A stretch of DNA of 64,000 nucleotides from Botryllus schlosseri (Eukaryota), in NCBI GenBank assembly GCA_051294905.1, contig CM119372.1, forward strand, positions 21,020,001-21,084,000. Direction: 5' to 3'. The first letter of the stretch is position 1; every line of letters begins with the position of its first letter. The notes under the pieces were generated by a model. It had not been told where the DNA came from and searched no databases. It saw nothing but the letters and a program-made list of their open reading frames with translations. The position numbers and the translations under genes were made by a program. This document shows positions 24,091 through 36,259 of this stretch, in pieces.

Positions 24091-27000
24091 CATGAAAGCG
24101 GTCGGTGAACCTGCTCCAAAAGTAAATACTATTTCAATGCTGTAAACCTGAATGTTAAATTCACGACAGTACAAGCGATTCTAACTAATTGTAAAGATGC
24201 AGGCCATGCAGAGCGTGCGTTCTACAATCGTAATGTCCGCCCTCATATACAGATTTGCGTACCCACATATATCTCAACGAGTATAGTTTGAAAAGAGCCA
24301 ATCTTGGGATGGGGATCCTTAGGTATTGATTTAGCCAGAGGTGGTCAGAGTACTCAAGAAAGCTACTCTTGTAAAAACGATCGTAGTTCTTTCGCATAGA
24401 CAGTCAAATACTGCAAATTGAGCTATGCGAAAGGTGCAGAGCCTGATTCATATTGATGCATCCCGGGGGATATAAATTTTCGACAGCATAAGCATTCGTC
24501 CGCATCCTGGGATGGAAATGATAGCATTGATGTGGGAATGCGATACTAATCCCCCGTTTACTCGAACACCCCGATTTAGAAAATAGCATGGTATGGCGCC
24601 CTCCCCATATTATAAGGCCCGTAGTTTGGTCAAAGAGCAACACGGAGAAGTTGTGTCAGATACGGTGTTAACACTTTGCGCGATTCGTAAACGTTAATAA
24701 AAAATATGGCTGATCATAAAAATACCACATAGTGTAGCTTTATTTACGGAAAATAGAGTCATTACTACACCTTCTTTTATACTTCAACAAAAGTATGTTC
24801 TCTAGACAAAAGAACTGAAACTAATTTGAACTCAAAGTATGATACTGGAAATTGAAAGAGAAATATAAATACTACTTGAAGCATGTCTTTTGTCCAGAAA
24901 GTTGCAACAGTGGTCTGCTAAACCAGGTGTAAAGCTAAAAAAAAGTCAGAGTCCACTTTTGCGGGTTAGGAAACGCCATGGACTGCTAGATTACAATATG
25001 CTAGATATCACCACAATAGGTAAAAATTGGTAAAAATAGGTCACCACAATAGGTTAATGCTACATTACGAAATGGTAGTTTCCAATGCTATGAGGGCCAT
25101 ATTTACTGTGATGAAATATTTCATATGGGCGACAACGCGGTGTTAACGGAACCACGCAATCCGCAACCTAAATTATATTCACCGATACGTTCGTGAAATC
25201 ATATTATACTACTGTGCGCGAAGCGCCACGAAAATTCTGGGCTTTACTCAAGTGTTATTAAAATTAAATGTTGATTCTCCGTGAAAACAACCCCGAAATT
25301 CATCAGGCCATATTTCTGATTGGAGGATCAAACTACTTATACTTGACAAACTGAAAATCGCGAAAAGTAAATAAGTAGATTACAAAATATGACGAAGTAG
25401 AAGTAGCGCGGAATTAGATATGCTGGAGTAAGTTCCCAAGTAGCGGAAAACTACTTGAGTACTTCAAAAAAGTAGAAGTACTTCGTTACTGACCACCTCT
25501 GGATTTAACCTACAGCTAATCTCAGTGGATTCCACGATGACAAAAAAAAGGATTCTAATATTTTAATGAAAAAAGTGATGCATATTTTTTCTGGTATAAT
25601 CTCTGATATTTAATCCTGTTGAATAAAATAGCGAACTATCGACAAATGCTCCTGAAAATCAGAATACCTGACTGTTACTGAAGCCAGTTCCCTTTACATC
25701 AGTGGTTCTTAACCGTGCCTCCAGCGCCCTCAAGGGGCGATTTTGATTATGTCGGGGCGGAAACACTCAGGGTGGATATGGGGGCGCTGGGCTCAGGGGG
25801 GCGGTACGGGGGGCGCTGAAGCAAAATGGCTTCGCAGCAGATGGTGTAGTATAGTAAAGCATATCATTAACGAGTTTTCAGAGCAAATTAGGATTCGACA
25901 AAACGTGTCAAATCTCAAAATGTTTCAACGATGTTTGCTACATATATGTTCTCTCAAAAATTAAACATCAATTTCTGACTGTTTATACAAGTTTTTCACT
26001 TTTTTATTTTCGCGCTATGCGCGAATTACCGTTGCCAAAGTTTTAATTATTGGGTACCCTTCCCCCACGAAAAATACGCATTCTTTATCGAAAATGGTAA
26101 GAGGCATTTCGGCGTCGGCCATTACCACACCACGAGGCACGAAGGGGAGCGTGCCCCCCAGGTTGGGAACCACTGGTTTAGTACGTTTATGCGATTTCAA
26201 TATCTTTTGACTATTATAGCCAGCGGATAATAGCTCACAAAATAACAACATGCAACGAAGTAATTTTACCAACGAGCCCGCCCGAATATATTCAATTATT
26301 AATTACGTGCATGCATTGTCCAAGACCACAGCTCATTCAAAGATATCGGTGAATCTTATGGCGTGGGCTGACACGATAGGAAATGATAGCGATATATGTA
26401 ATTACCAATATTCTTGTCCGATTCATTCATCCGTTATGAAGAGAAAACTTTCGCGCCTAGGCGACCAGGCCTCATAAAACTTTGCTCAACATCAAAATCA
26501 CGCGACGCTGGGTCTTGGGGAAATCTCCACAGTAGTTAGGTTTATCACCCTATCGGGGCCCAACACCAACGATTTTTAAGGGGGCAAGCAACTTGCTGTT
26601 ACGGCCTGTCCTAATTGATGTTATCACAGTCTTTTAAATATGGTGTGGGAACGCTAGAGCATTTGAAAGTTTTGAAAGGGGGCGCTGGAGGGAAAAAGGT
26701 TAAGAACCACTGGCCTACAGTATTTCATACTGCATATTTTAACGTTTGTATCAGTAGGCCTATTGCGCGCGGTTTCATAGTTGCAAAATTCTCAATGAAG
26801 AGCTGGAATACCCAGAATAACAGGCATTGAGCATATATATTTACGCATCCCGATTCTAAGAAAAGTCTCGATGCGTTTTAACGGGCCGAAACCACGTTCG
26901 GATTTTCCGGATGAAATCGGGGTGGTCAATATAATATTAAAAAGCTAGTTACTGAAGAAAAGTTGATTGAAAGCGATTTTTCAACTATAGCAATTGTGAA

Positions 27001-28427
27001 AGTTCATTATAATTATAATGAATTACCACGTTGAATTGCAATAATTTCCTCTTGATGCAGCGGTTGATGACGTGTTCTGGGTAACCATTTTTAAGTAAGA
27101 TTTTGCGGATGTTATCAAGCTCCAATCTTAATTTGTTACTCAAACATATCATCAACGCTCTATGACCGAGGGTGCCTATGAGGTTGATTCTTCTGCGTCG
27201 GGGGCTGAAAGAATTCCAATCTCACAAATGATCGATATTGACCGACGACTTGTAATGCGGTGTGGTCAGCGATTTGCAACTAAATTCCATGACAGTTAGT
27301 GGTTTTCCTTTTAGTCTACAGAGAATAAAAATCACAAAGGAATACTCGAGTTAGTTTGCTAAATCGGAGACATGCCGCTGTGTCTAGCTGGTATTGTGGA
27401 TACATTGATTTTGCAAATTGACTTCCTGCTTTTTTCGCTAAGCAATCATCATATTTTCGTATAACTGTTCGATTAGCGCGAGGCACGATCATAGTAGTAA
27501 ATACCATCATCACAGACTCACATTTGCAAGTTACTGTAACGCAAATGTTTACCCCTTCCAGGTTTAATAACGTATGGGCCGCAAAGGGTATATTTTGGGT
27601 CGACACGGTGCCAGAGCTATCTTTTAATATGTATGTAATATTGTGGAATTTATTGCAAAAAAAAATCAAATCGTGTGCCACTGTTTCGAAGGTGACTCGA
27701 GTCAAGTCAAGTCAAGTCACGAGTCAACCAGCCAAACTAGCTGATATCCCCCTTGGATATGGCCAAATCTTGGTCACCGCTCCCTAATACTCCGGCCATA
27801 TCAGAACAAAGTACGAATCCGGCCTTTCAGCAAAAATCTGAATTTGGCTTCGGTCAAAAATAAAAATAAATCCGGCGGATATCCAGTGCATGGACTATCC
27901 ACGTCCTGCTCTGGCGGATAATGACGTTTGTAACGCATACTGTTCACGTTTTCTTCCTGTGTTTCATGGGTAGACCAATTTCATCGGTTAAAGTGCTCCC
28001 GCATTTATTGTTGTTGAGCGTTTGCTGATTGGAATTTCCCGATTCTCTGGAATTGCGACGGCAAATTCTGATTCCACAGTGCGGTTTTTGTTTGGTAATA
28101 CCGTGCCTGAGCTGCCGAGTTATAACCTATGAGTCAACCAAGCACATTTGTGTAGATCTCCCGAAGGATAGCGGTGCGGACCGCTTTTCAGAACTGGTTG
28201 TTTGCTGACTCCGGTGGCTCTATAAGGAAGATGGCTGCTGCCAGATTGTTTTCACACAATCAACTTTCATTTGAGATCACATATTCAGAGCTCGCAGTGT
28301 TTCAATGATGATCACATATATCACCGCAAATTATGAGACTCATCAGACCCAAACATTGACCAAACAAATTTAATCGCTATACTTGTTAAAAGCCGTCTCT
28401 GATAGATCGCTACATGAAATGCACGAG

Positions 28428-28518
28428 TCAATTGCGTGTTAAACCAGATATCATATATTTCCGACGAATGTTACAATTGAATACCATATCTGTTGAATAA
28501 ACCACTTGCTGCTTGTAT
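28428..28518 (-). pseudogene. Exon resembling the end of a ZP-N domain, followed by decayed sequence to ~27950
   Basis: tttacatttcag|A TAC... (R)YKQQVVYSTDMVFNCNIRRKYMISG; the phase-2 acceptor matches the upstream donor; the hydrophobic-F-x-C pattern resembles the last ZP-N strand. Confidence 0.45.
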
Positions 28519-29046
28519 CTGAAATGTAAAAGGGAAGTTTGTCAATTGCTAGTTATGATTCTGGTTCGTTTTATTAGTTGGTTATTATCAATTAAAAAAC
28601 CAAAGCATTCCGATAAGACGAAACGTTTGACTCATCGCCCCCTTATCAATCTAGACATATTTTAGTCGCTCCCTAAAGACTAGACCCATCAGACCCACCC
28701 ATCCTTATACTTTTTCGCATTATTTAAGTAGGTTGTATCCAATTTCTCAAGTATTCTTTTCTTGTATACCACTTCTACTTCCACCCTTCATTCCTCTCAA
28801 AATCGCCTTAAAGGGACGATATCGCCTACTTAGGGAACCACTGCCTACAGCCTAAAAATAACTGAGATTCATTCACTGAATGTCAAGTTACCGAATATAT
28901 CATAATTTAATGACAAGCGATGAAAATAAAGTGGCATGAGACAGTACGCGAATTCGATATATGACAAAGTGACAAAATTTACTAACGTAAATGCTATTAT
29001 TTTATACAAATGTTTGGCATTTTGGATTGTAATTACTTCGCTTCAC

Positions 29047-29467
29047 CTTCAACTAGCTGGAATTGGGCGTGCCCCGTTTATATTAGGCAACCTAACAATT
29101 CCATCGAGTATAGCCAGTGAAATCTGTATAGTTTGTTATTTCATAACATCACTGCGCAGTCAAACAAAAATCCGTCGCGACACGACTATTATATCTGATG
29201 CCAATTGATGATTGTTCGCGTGATTGAAACAGTTGGTGTCGTTAGTAATTCCCTTGATTGTGTACATTCCAAATGTGATGGCCATTTCATCAGCCTCAAG
29301 TTTCGCGCATACTGAGAATATATTGGTGAATTCGTTTTCAAAGAAAACCTGCATATTGGCACATTGGTTATTGACGAGGCAGTAACAGACGCAATGCCGA
29401 TACCCATCTTCGACACTTTGCCAACATCTAGAATTAGGCAGGCATCTGTAGTTGCGACATCAGCGTT
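29047..29467 (-). pseudogene. Decayed exon: EGF-like repeat running into a putative ZP-N domain
   Basis: catgcag|AA CGC TGA TGT... R*CRNYRCLPNSRCWQSVEDGYRHCVCYCLVNNQCANMQVFFENEF...; 421 nt fits phase 1 to phase 2 (AG|gtgaag) but has four in-frame stops. Confidence 0.55.
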
Positions 29468-29640
29468 CTGCATGTTGAAAATTACACATATGATTAATCA
29501 CAAGACACTTTTCATCGAGCACTATACTTGCGCAATGCGCACTATTCCTGTATATGATGGGGCGTATACATCATGCGTGCGAGTCCCAGTGCGATCAAAC
29601 AAATGAAGAGTTCGATATCATAAGTAAATAAAATACTTAC

Positions 29641-29757
29641 CTAATACGCATTGATCAGCCTGACGAACACGGCCAGCGTTACACTTGCATCGAACACTAC
29701 CGATGTTACTGGAGTACCGACATGTGGAATGCAATGGACACCTGCTACACGGGTTCT
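29641..29757 (-). CDS. Exon: EGF-like module (duplicate copy 2)
   Basis: ctttag|AG ... TTA G|gtaagt; NPCSRCPLHSTCRYSSNIGSVRCKCNAGRVRQADQCVL. Confidence 0.8.
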   Translation of the reverse strand, partial: RTRVAGVHCIPHVGTPVTSVVFDASVTLAVFVRLINAY

Positions 29758-30143
29758 CTAAAGTTGTAAATTATGAATAACAGTTACAGCACGTTATATA
29801 TTATGCTACGACTGATGATTCACTTAACGCCGTCTAACATGCATACCTACTCACATTTGTTATAACATTGGTTAAGAACAGGGGTGTCAAATTCAAATGT
29901 CCTCGTGGGACAATTTCCTGGTTTTTGTTGACGCCGCGGGCGCAGCATTGAATATGATATGCAGGATGTCTTGTGTCGTATATGCCTTATTTGACGGGAA
30001 GAAAATGGAAAAAGTCAGATTGAGACTGAGCTGATAGTAGCACTAAACTATTACCAAATAATTGAAAATCCAAATTTCGACGAGGGCCGCACAAAATGTT
30101 CTTGCGGGCCAAGTGGTTTACAAGGTGATTTATGTCATTAGTT

Positions 30144-30945
30144 TAAGCGATTTTTCACCTGAAAAATCAAAATTTTGACATTTTTAAACTTAAACTTAAA
30201 AAACTTAATTTTGACCAAATTTTGACTAACGTATGCAAATTAGCTGTTTTCCCACATAATGTTAGAATTGCACTACTTATCTTCATTTTTGATTGGAACT
30301 GTCTGTCCTTACGAAGTAGTTTAGCCTGAAATAACTTTTTTGACTCAAAAACGGACAAATTTTTACATGAAAAAACTTTATTTTAACGAAATCTGGCCGT
30401 ATGAAGAATTCCAGTAGTAACATCACATATTATGGTAGAAATAATAAAAAACTTGTAGTACAACGAATGATACTTTCCTACATTATCGAATAGAAAGTGT
30501 CTGTCCTTACTAAGTAGCTTGCCAAGAATGGAGAAAGAAAGTTGAATCCACTGAAGTTGCTGGTAACACACCATGTTGAAAATGGTGTCTACATCACAAT
30601 TTTTCATCACGCGCTTCCTGATATAAGAACCATGCAATGCCTACGCAGTTAGCATAATGCGGTACGTTGAGCATAACACCATGTCAACCTATTTGTTTCA
30701 TTTGAATGTTTATGATTCACAATGAGCAGACAATCGGCGGTCTACAACGGTAGGCCTATAAAGTAGGCTACAAGCTATAAACTGTCAAATGCTAAGTTCA
30801 CCGACAGTGCACAATCTACGATACAAACGAAATGCAGGTTGTAAAAAATGTTTGCCTTTGTAAAGAATTTTGACATTGTTTTCAACCTGACGCTACAATT
30901 TTGACAAAATTTTGACTTTCTTTGGCATGGCAAAAAAATCGCCCT
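30144..30945. mobile_element. TIR element, inverted copy of 10913-11758
   Basis: Reverse-complement similarity throughout; absent from the sister duplicate near 34770. Confidence 0.75.
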
Positions 30946-33448
30946 AGTCATTATAAAAGATTCAATGCAGCTAAATGACAACACTACCACTCAAATGCAG
31001 GACCTCAACTGCCGCACCCCAAAACCCCCAATTGGGGGGGGGCGAGCTCGAAGGGGGACCAAGATTATTTCGTGAATTAGCATAAATTATAGAGTATCTT
31101 TTGAAAATTTATGCAACTTTCAAAAATAAATATTTCGCGCTATGCGCGATTTCAAGGTGCCAAATATCATCATTTTTTGGTACTCTTCCCCCAAGAAAAG
31201 AACAAGAAAGATTTTTAGAAATGGACATATCGGCGTTGGCCAATACCGCGACGCGACGCACCAAGACATATAACAATTTAGGACATATTACATGCGACTC
31301 CAAGAAGTGTGCCAGAACGATCGGCAGCGTAAAAACCTTGGCCGAAAAGGACTGCCCTTACGCTGACCGAAAACTTCGTTATATATACAAAATACATATA
31401 GTTTTAATTGTCCATAGCCTAGGCGCCTAAATTACTGGCGCCGAATGTTCCTGTCTTGGTAATCTGAACCTCAGAAGACGAATTCCACTACTCAGTACGG
31501 CTGATTTCGTGGCAAAAGCGATCAACAAGATGAATGGGAGGGGGGGTCGGTCGGTTACCGGGGTCGGTTTATCACCCTGGGAGCCCAAGACCCAAGTTCT
31601 TTTGGGACCTGACTAAGTGCTGTTTCGTTCCTGTCATTGAGGGGTCATACCTTTACATCTCACTCAGCTCTACCGGTAAATCTGAATACGTCAGCAGAGA
31701 GGGGATAAAAATAGATAACAATATATATGCAATCCCCGATGATACTGCCCGATTCAATCATGAATTCATGAAATTTTTTGCGCTTCGCTCGTCTAGGCGA
31801 GAATGGGAGGCCCAATAAGCGGACACCCAATATTGATGACAAGTAGTCCCAAAGAGCGGGTAGACAAGGGGGGGTCTGGGGGCGAAGCCGCCCAGAAGTC
31901 CGGTTTATCATCCTATGGGGGGGCCAAGACCAACGTTTTCGGGGGGCTGACGAAGTGCTGTTACGGCCCTGCTCAAATGTATATTGGCTTTGAAAACATG
32001 CACAATCTGGGCAAAACAGCGACTTTCAAAACAACGAGTTCAAAATGGTGAGTCATTTATAATAGCGATTATCAAAACAGTGATTTTCATTATAGTGACT
32101 CATTCAGAGCGGTCAGACATTCATAATAGCGAGTATCAAAACAGAGCGGGACCTTTTAGCGAGGCATACGTAATAGTAAGTTTCAGAATCCCTATTGTCA
32201 TCATATCGACTCATTCAAAATACTCAAGGTTGGGGGTTAAGTTCAGTTACGGTCAGGTTTGCCTAAATGACTGGGAGTGGGTTTTGACACTATTTACACT
32301 ACTTTCTAGTTTGAATGACTCGCTATTATGACACTCGCGGTTTTGACAATGTGTTAGTTATTCGCTATTTCTATTTTCCATATTGGCACAGCAATGATGA
32401 AACTGAGAATGTTGGCTTTGTATAATATGCTGGTAAAAGTGAGTAAGCTAACATTCATCAGATTTTAGTGTCAGCCGTACACATCGCGATATGCTCGGTG
32501 GTAAGCAGTGAACATACACACGTTTTACATTGCTTTGCTGGGTTTCCCGATTTTGGTATTGGTTCTATACCCAGAAGGAAGATATGACTACATACGCAAA
32601 CTTTGAATACAATCAAATTCCAGTTCAGAAATATATTGTCGAAACTTGTGTGCAATTGCGAAGGATTAGCGGAATACATTTACTTTGAGAGTAGCTTGCC
32701 AATCGAATAAAGAACGCGCCTTCGCAACGGTTCGGTAGCAATAAATATGGGCGTTAATAATCGCCGAATAATAAAAACCCTCTCCAAATACGTTGATTTA
32801 CAAAAATCTATTCATTGAAAAGCTAAAACCTCAGATGCAAAAAGTTCGATCAAAGGCGAATAAGTAAACGCTCACCCGGCTCTCTCAGCGGATTAAACAA
32901 ACGTTTACAAAATTTAATCTAATCATGACATTCGTTCCAGCCGGAAGATTTTATTTCTTCGAGAGCAGGATTTCATCATCAAAGAGCCACAATGCCACAT
33001 ATGTCTGGCGCAGTGGTTCCCAACCATTGGGAAATTCCCCACTTGCGAAGAATCTAGCTAGGACCTATAGGTGTTTCTGGTCGGGAGCAGATGCACTTAC
33101 AAAAATAACTTACCAACAGTATATATACATATTTAAGGTGGCGCAACACTGAGATTACGTTGCATTGGGAGGTTTATCTTGATACACTTTCTTGGAGTAG
33201 GATATTATGTAAGTACATTTCCGGCTCTAAAAATTCAAAATTAATAATTCATAGTGATCAGTTGAAATACATTCATATGCATTTTGTGTTATAAATATGA
33301 TATGTATCTGATATTTGTCTTGAGGAGAGATTAGGGTCTGGCTTACTTATGCGCCCAAACCGAACTTCTTTGTTTTTGTCGAGTTTATATAGGCCTACGT
33401 ACCAAGTTTATCGTATTGCTAACAGCTTTCTGCTGAATCACTTTTAGT

Positions 33449-33852
33449 TAGGCTTGCATTTAAAACAAACAGTGTTTTAAAACACTTTGTTTAAAACATG
33501 TTAGTGTTTTAAACAAAGGCCTTTAAAAAAATTGTGTTTTTTTAAGTTGTAAAATTATGCCATAATTGTGTGAATACTTTCCAAAAACATGTTGCATGAG
33601 CATACGTACAATTACCACCCGATATAGCCGACTTTTATCGATATGGGATGGTTGGAACCCTCAAAATAGTCTGTTCAACATTAATAGTACAGATATTTCG
33701 TCAAAGGACCTATATCTACCCTATATTTTCAATTGTCAATGTCAATCCTCTATGTCGATCGTGACGCCATGGCCTAAAAAACATGTTGTAAATTAGGGCC
33801 TTGTTTTAAACATGTTTGTTTCAAACTGATTTTTGTTTTAAATGCAACCCTA
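33449..33852. mobile_element. hAT-type MITE (TAGGGTTGCA family)
   Basis: TIR TAGGCTTGCATTTAAAAC/GTTTAAATGCAACCCTA; TSD CTTTTAGT/CTTATAGT. Confidence 0.85.
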
Positions 33853-34227
33853 CTTATAGTGGGGAAATCAGTTGCGGAACAACTATAAAATCCGAATCTA
33901 GTCTGTTTTGAAAAAAAGTTACCTTTAACTTTGGACTATATTAGCCAAACCATTGGATCTAGATATCCATGAGTCAACTTGAGTTATAATCTGCCCAAAT
34001 TTTGCATAGACATTTCTATAAATACCATTGTTAGTTTGCGTTACGCTGGACAACTTATTACGTGTTATTTTATACCGCTTTTAGAAATACTGAAATCTAA
34101 TAAGTTAATCCAGTGCCGAGATGTGGTGAACGATATTAAATTCAATCCATTGATGGGGAGTCCCTGTGCGATCAAGCAAATGAAACAAAACAAAGATTTC
34201 GATGTCCTTGATATATAAAATACTTAC

Positions 34228-34341
34228 CTACGCATTGATCACCCAGACGAACACGACCAGCGTTGCACATGCATCGAACGATACCAATATTACTGAAGTG
34301 CCGACATGTGGAATGCCATGGACACCTGCTACACGGGTTCT
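34228..34341 (-). CDS. Exon: EGF-like module (duplicate copy 1)
   Basis: ctttag|AG ... GTA G|gtaagt; NPCSRCPWHSTCRHFSNIGIVRCMCNAGRVRLGDQCV. Confidence 0.8.
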   Translation of the reverse strand, partial: RTRVAGVHGIPHVGTSVILVSFDACATLVVFVWVINA

Positions 34342-35510
34342 CTAAAGTTGTAAATTATTATTACCAGTTATAACTCATTACATATTATGCTACGACTGAT
34401 GATTCACCTAACGCCGTCTGACGTGCATATACCTAATCACATGTGTTATAATACAGGTTAAAAACAGGGGTTTCAAATTCAAATGTCCTCGCTGGACGCA
34501 GCGGACGCCACGGGCTCAGCATGGAATATGATATCTAATATGTCTTTTGTCTTATATGCATTATTTGACGGGATGAAAAAGGAAAAAAAGTTATATTAAG
34601 ACTACGATCCAAGTCGGTTTTTAAAGTGAGTTTTGAAACTTTTCAAATCTGAAAAAGATAGTAGCACTTACATATTGTCAAATAATTGAAAATTCAAAAT
34701 TCAGTATTTCTACGAGGGCCGCACAAAATGTTCTCGCGGGCCGCGTGGTTGGCAAGTTGATACAATGTAATTAGATAATATTCATTGCAGCTAAATACAA
34801 CATTACTCAAATGTACGTTGGTTTTTTAAACATGCAGCATCCGGGCAAAACAGCTACTTTCAAAACAGTGTCTTCAAAATGATTAGTCACTTATAATAAC
34901 GAGTTTCAAAACAGTGTATTTAATTGTAGTGACTCATTCTGAGTAGCCAGACATTCATAATAGCGAGTATAGAAACATAGAGTGTCCTTTTAGCGATGCA
35001 TACGTAATAGTAAGTGTTAGAACACTGAGTGTCATGTTAACGACTCATTCAAAATACTCAAGGGTATGGGTTAAGTTAAGTTACGGCCAGGTTTGTTTAA
35101 ATGAGTGGGGGTTGTTTTTGACACTATTTACACTACTTTCTAGTTTGAATGACTCGCTATTATGACACTCGCGGTTTTGACAATCTGTTGGTTGGTCGCT
35201 ATTTCTACTTTCCAAGTTTAGAACAACAATGATGAAACTGAAAAGGTTGGATTTGTATAGCATGCTGGTAAAAGTGAGTAAGCTAACATTAACCAGGCTT
35301 TGGTATCAACCGTGCACATCGCTATATATTCGGAGGTAAACAAGCAACATACACACGTTTTGCACTGCTTTGCTGCGTTTCCCGATTTTAGTATTGGTTC
35401 TATACCCAGAAGGAATATCTGACTACATACGCCAACTTTGAATACAATCGAATTCCAGTTCAGAAATGCTGTCGAAACTTGCGTGCAATTTCACAGGATT
35501 AGCGGAATAC

Positions 35511-35593
35511 TTACTTTGAGAATAGCTTCCCATAGTCGAAAGTAACGCGCTCTCGCAACGGTTCGGTAACATTAATTCTAGTATTATTAATCG
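35511..35593 (-). CDS. Candidate exon (start of an SEA-like segment, or terminal exon)
   Basis: ttttcttattcag|CG ATT... INNTRINVTEPLRERVTFDYGKLFSK*; AA|gtaagt donor overlaps an in-frame TAA; the duplicate near 32680-32765 has lost its AG. Confidence 0.4.
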
Positions 35594-36127
35594 CTGAATA
35601 AGAAAACCAAATACGTCGCCAAATAAGTCGCCAAATACGTTGATTTATAAAAATAAATTGATTGACAAGCTAAAGCCTCCGATTCAAAAAGATCGACCAA
35701 AGGCGAATAATTAAACGCTAACCCGGTTCTCTCGGCGCATTAAACAGACGACGGCAAAAATAATTTATTCGTGACAGTCGTGCCAGCCGGCAGATTTTAT
35801 TTCTTCGAGAGCCGAATTTCATCATCAAAGAGCCACAATACCACATATTTCTAGCTCAGGGGCTCCCACCCGGTGGGAAATTCCGCACTTGTGCGGGATC
35901 TATAGATGTTTCTGGTATAGGAAACAGGCGCACTTACAGAAATAACCAACCTACAGTATATACATATTTAAGGTGCCGTAACACCGAGATTACGTTTGAA
36001 GTGAATGCAGACTATATAGGAATAAATCAAAAGTGGGTAATGACATAAAAAAGGTTAGGAGCTCCGGAGCGAGCCTGAGGTCCTGACCAATAAATAAAGG
36101 ATGCGATTTGAAGAATCAAACTCTTAC

Positions 36128-36259
36128 CTTTCTTGCAACCATTCATCAGTGATAAAGTGGTATCTTTGCACCGGCAGACGTAACTTTGGTGATAAAGATC
36201 CCAATATGGGTAGCACGCATCAGAATTTAAGCACTCTCGGTGGTCTCGACACGGATTTC
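36128..36259 (-). CDS. Exon: divergent EGF-like module 6
   Basis: gataag|GA ... AAA G|gtaag; NPCRDHRECLNSDACYPYWDLYHQSYVCRCKDTTLSLMNGCKK; 6 Cys, phase 1-1. Confidence 0.8.

Larger units (their letters stand above)
29630..36000. repeat. Intragenic tandem segmental duplication (~29630-33160 vs ~34218-36000)
   Basis: EGF exon, a hAT MITE, a tagcgagt/gactcgct element and the 32400-33160 / 35230-35995 sequence are colinear; the left copy carries extra insertions. Confidence 0.9.

Noticed and set aside
21960..24660. Further exons of the plus-strand kringle gene
   Set aside because: Coding-like patches exist but contain stops and a transposon insertion; no phase-consistent exon could be supported.
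29047..29467. Selenocysteine or readthrough explanation for the TGA codons
   Set aside because: A TAA is also in frame and neighbouring sequence looks frameshifted; decay is simpler.
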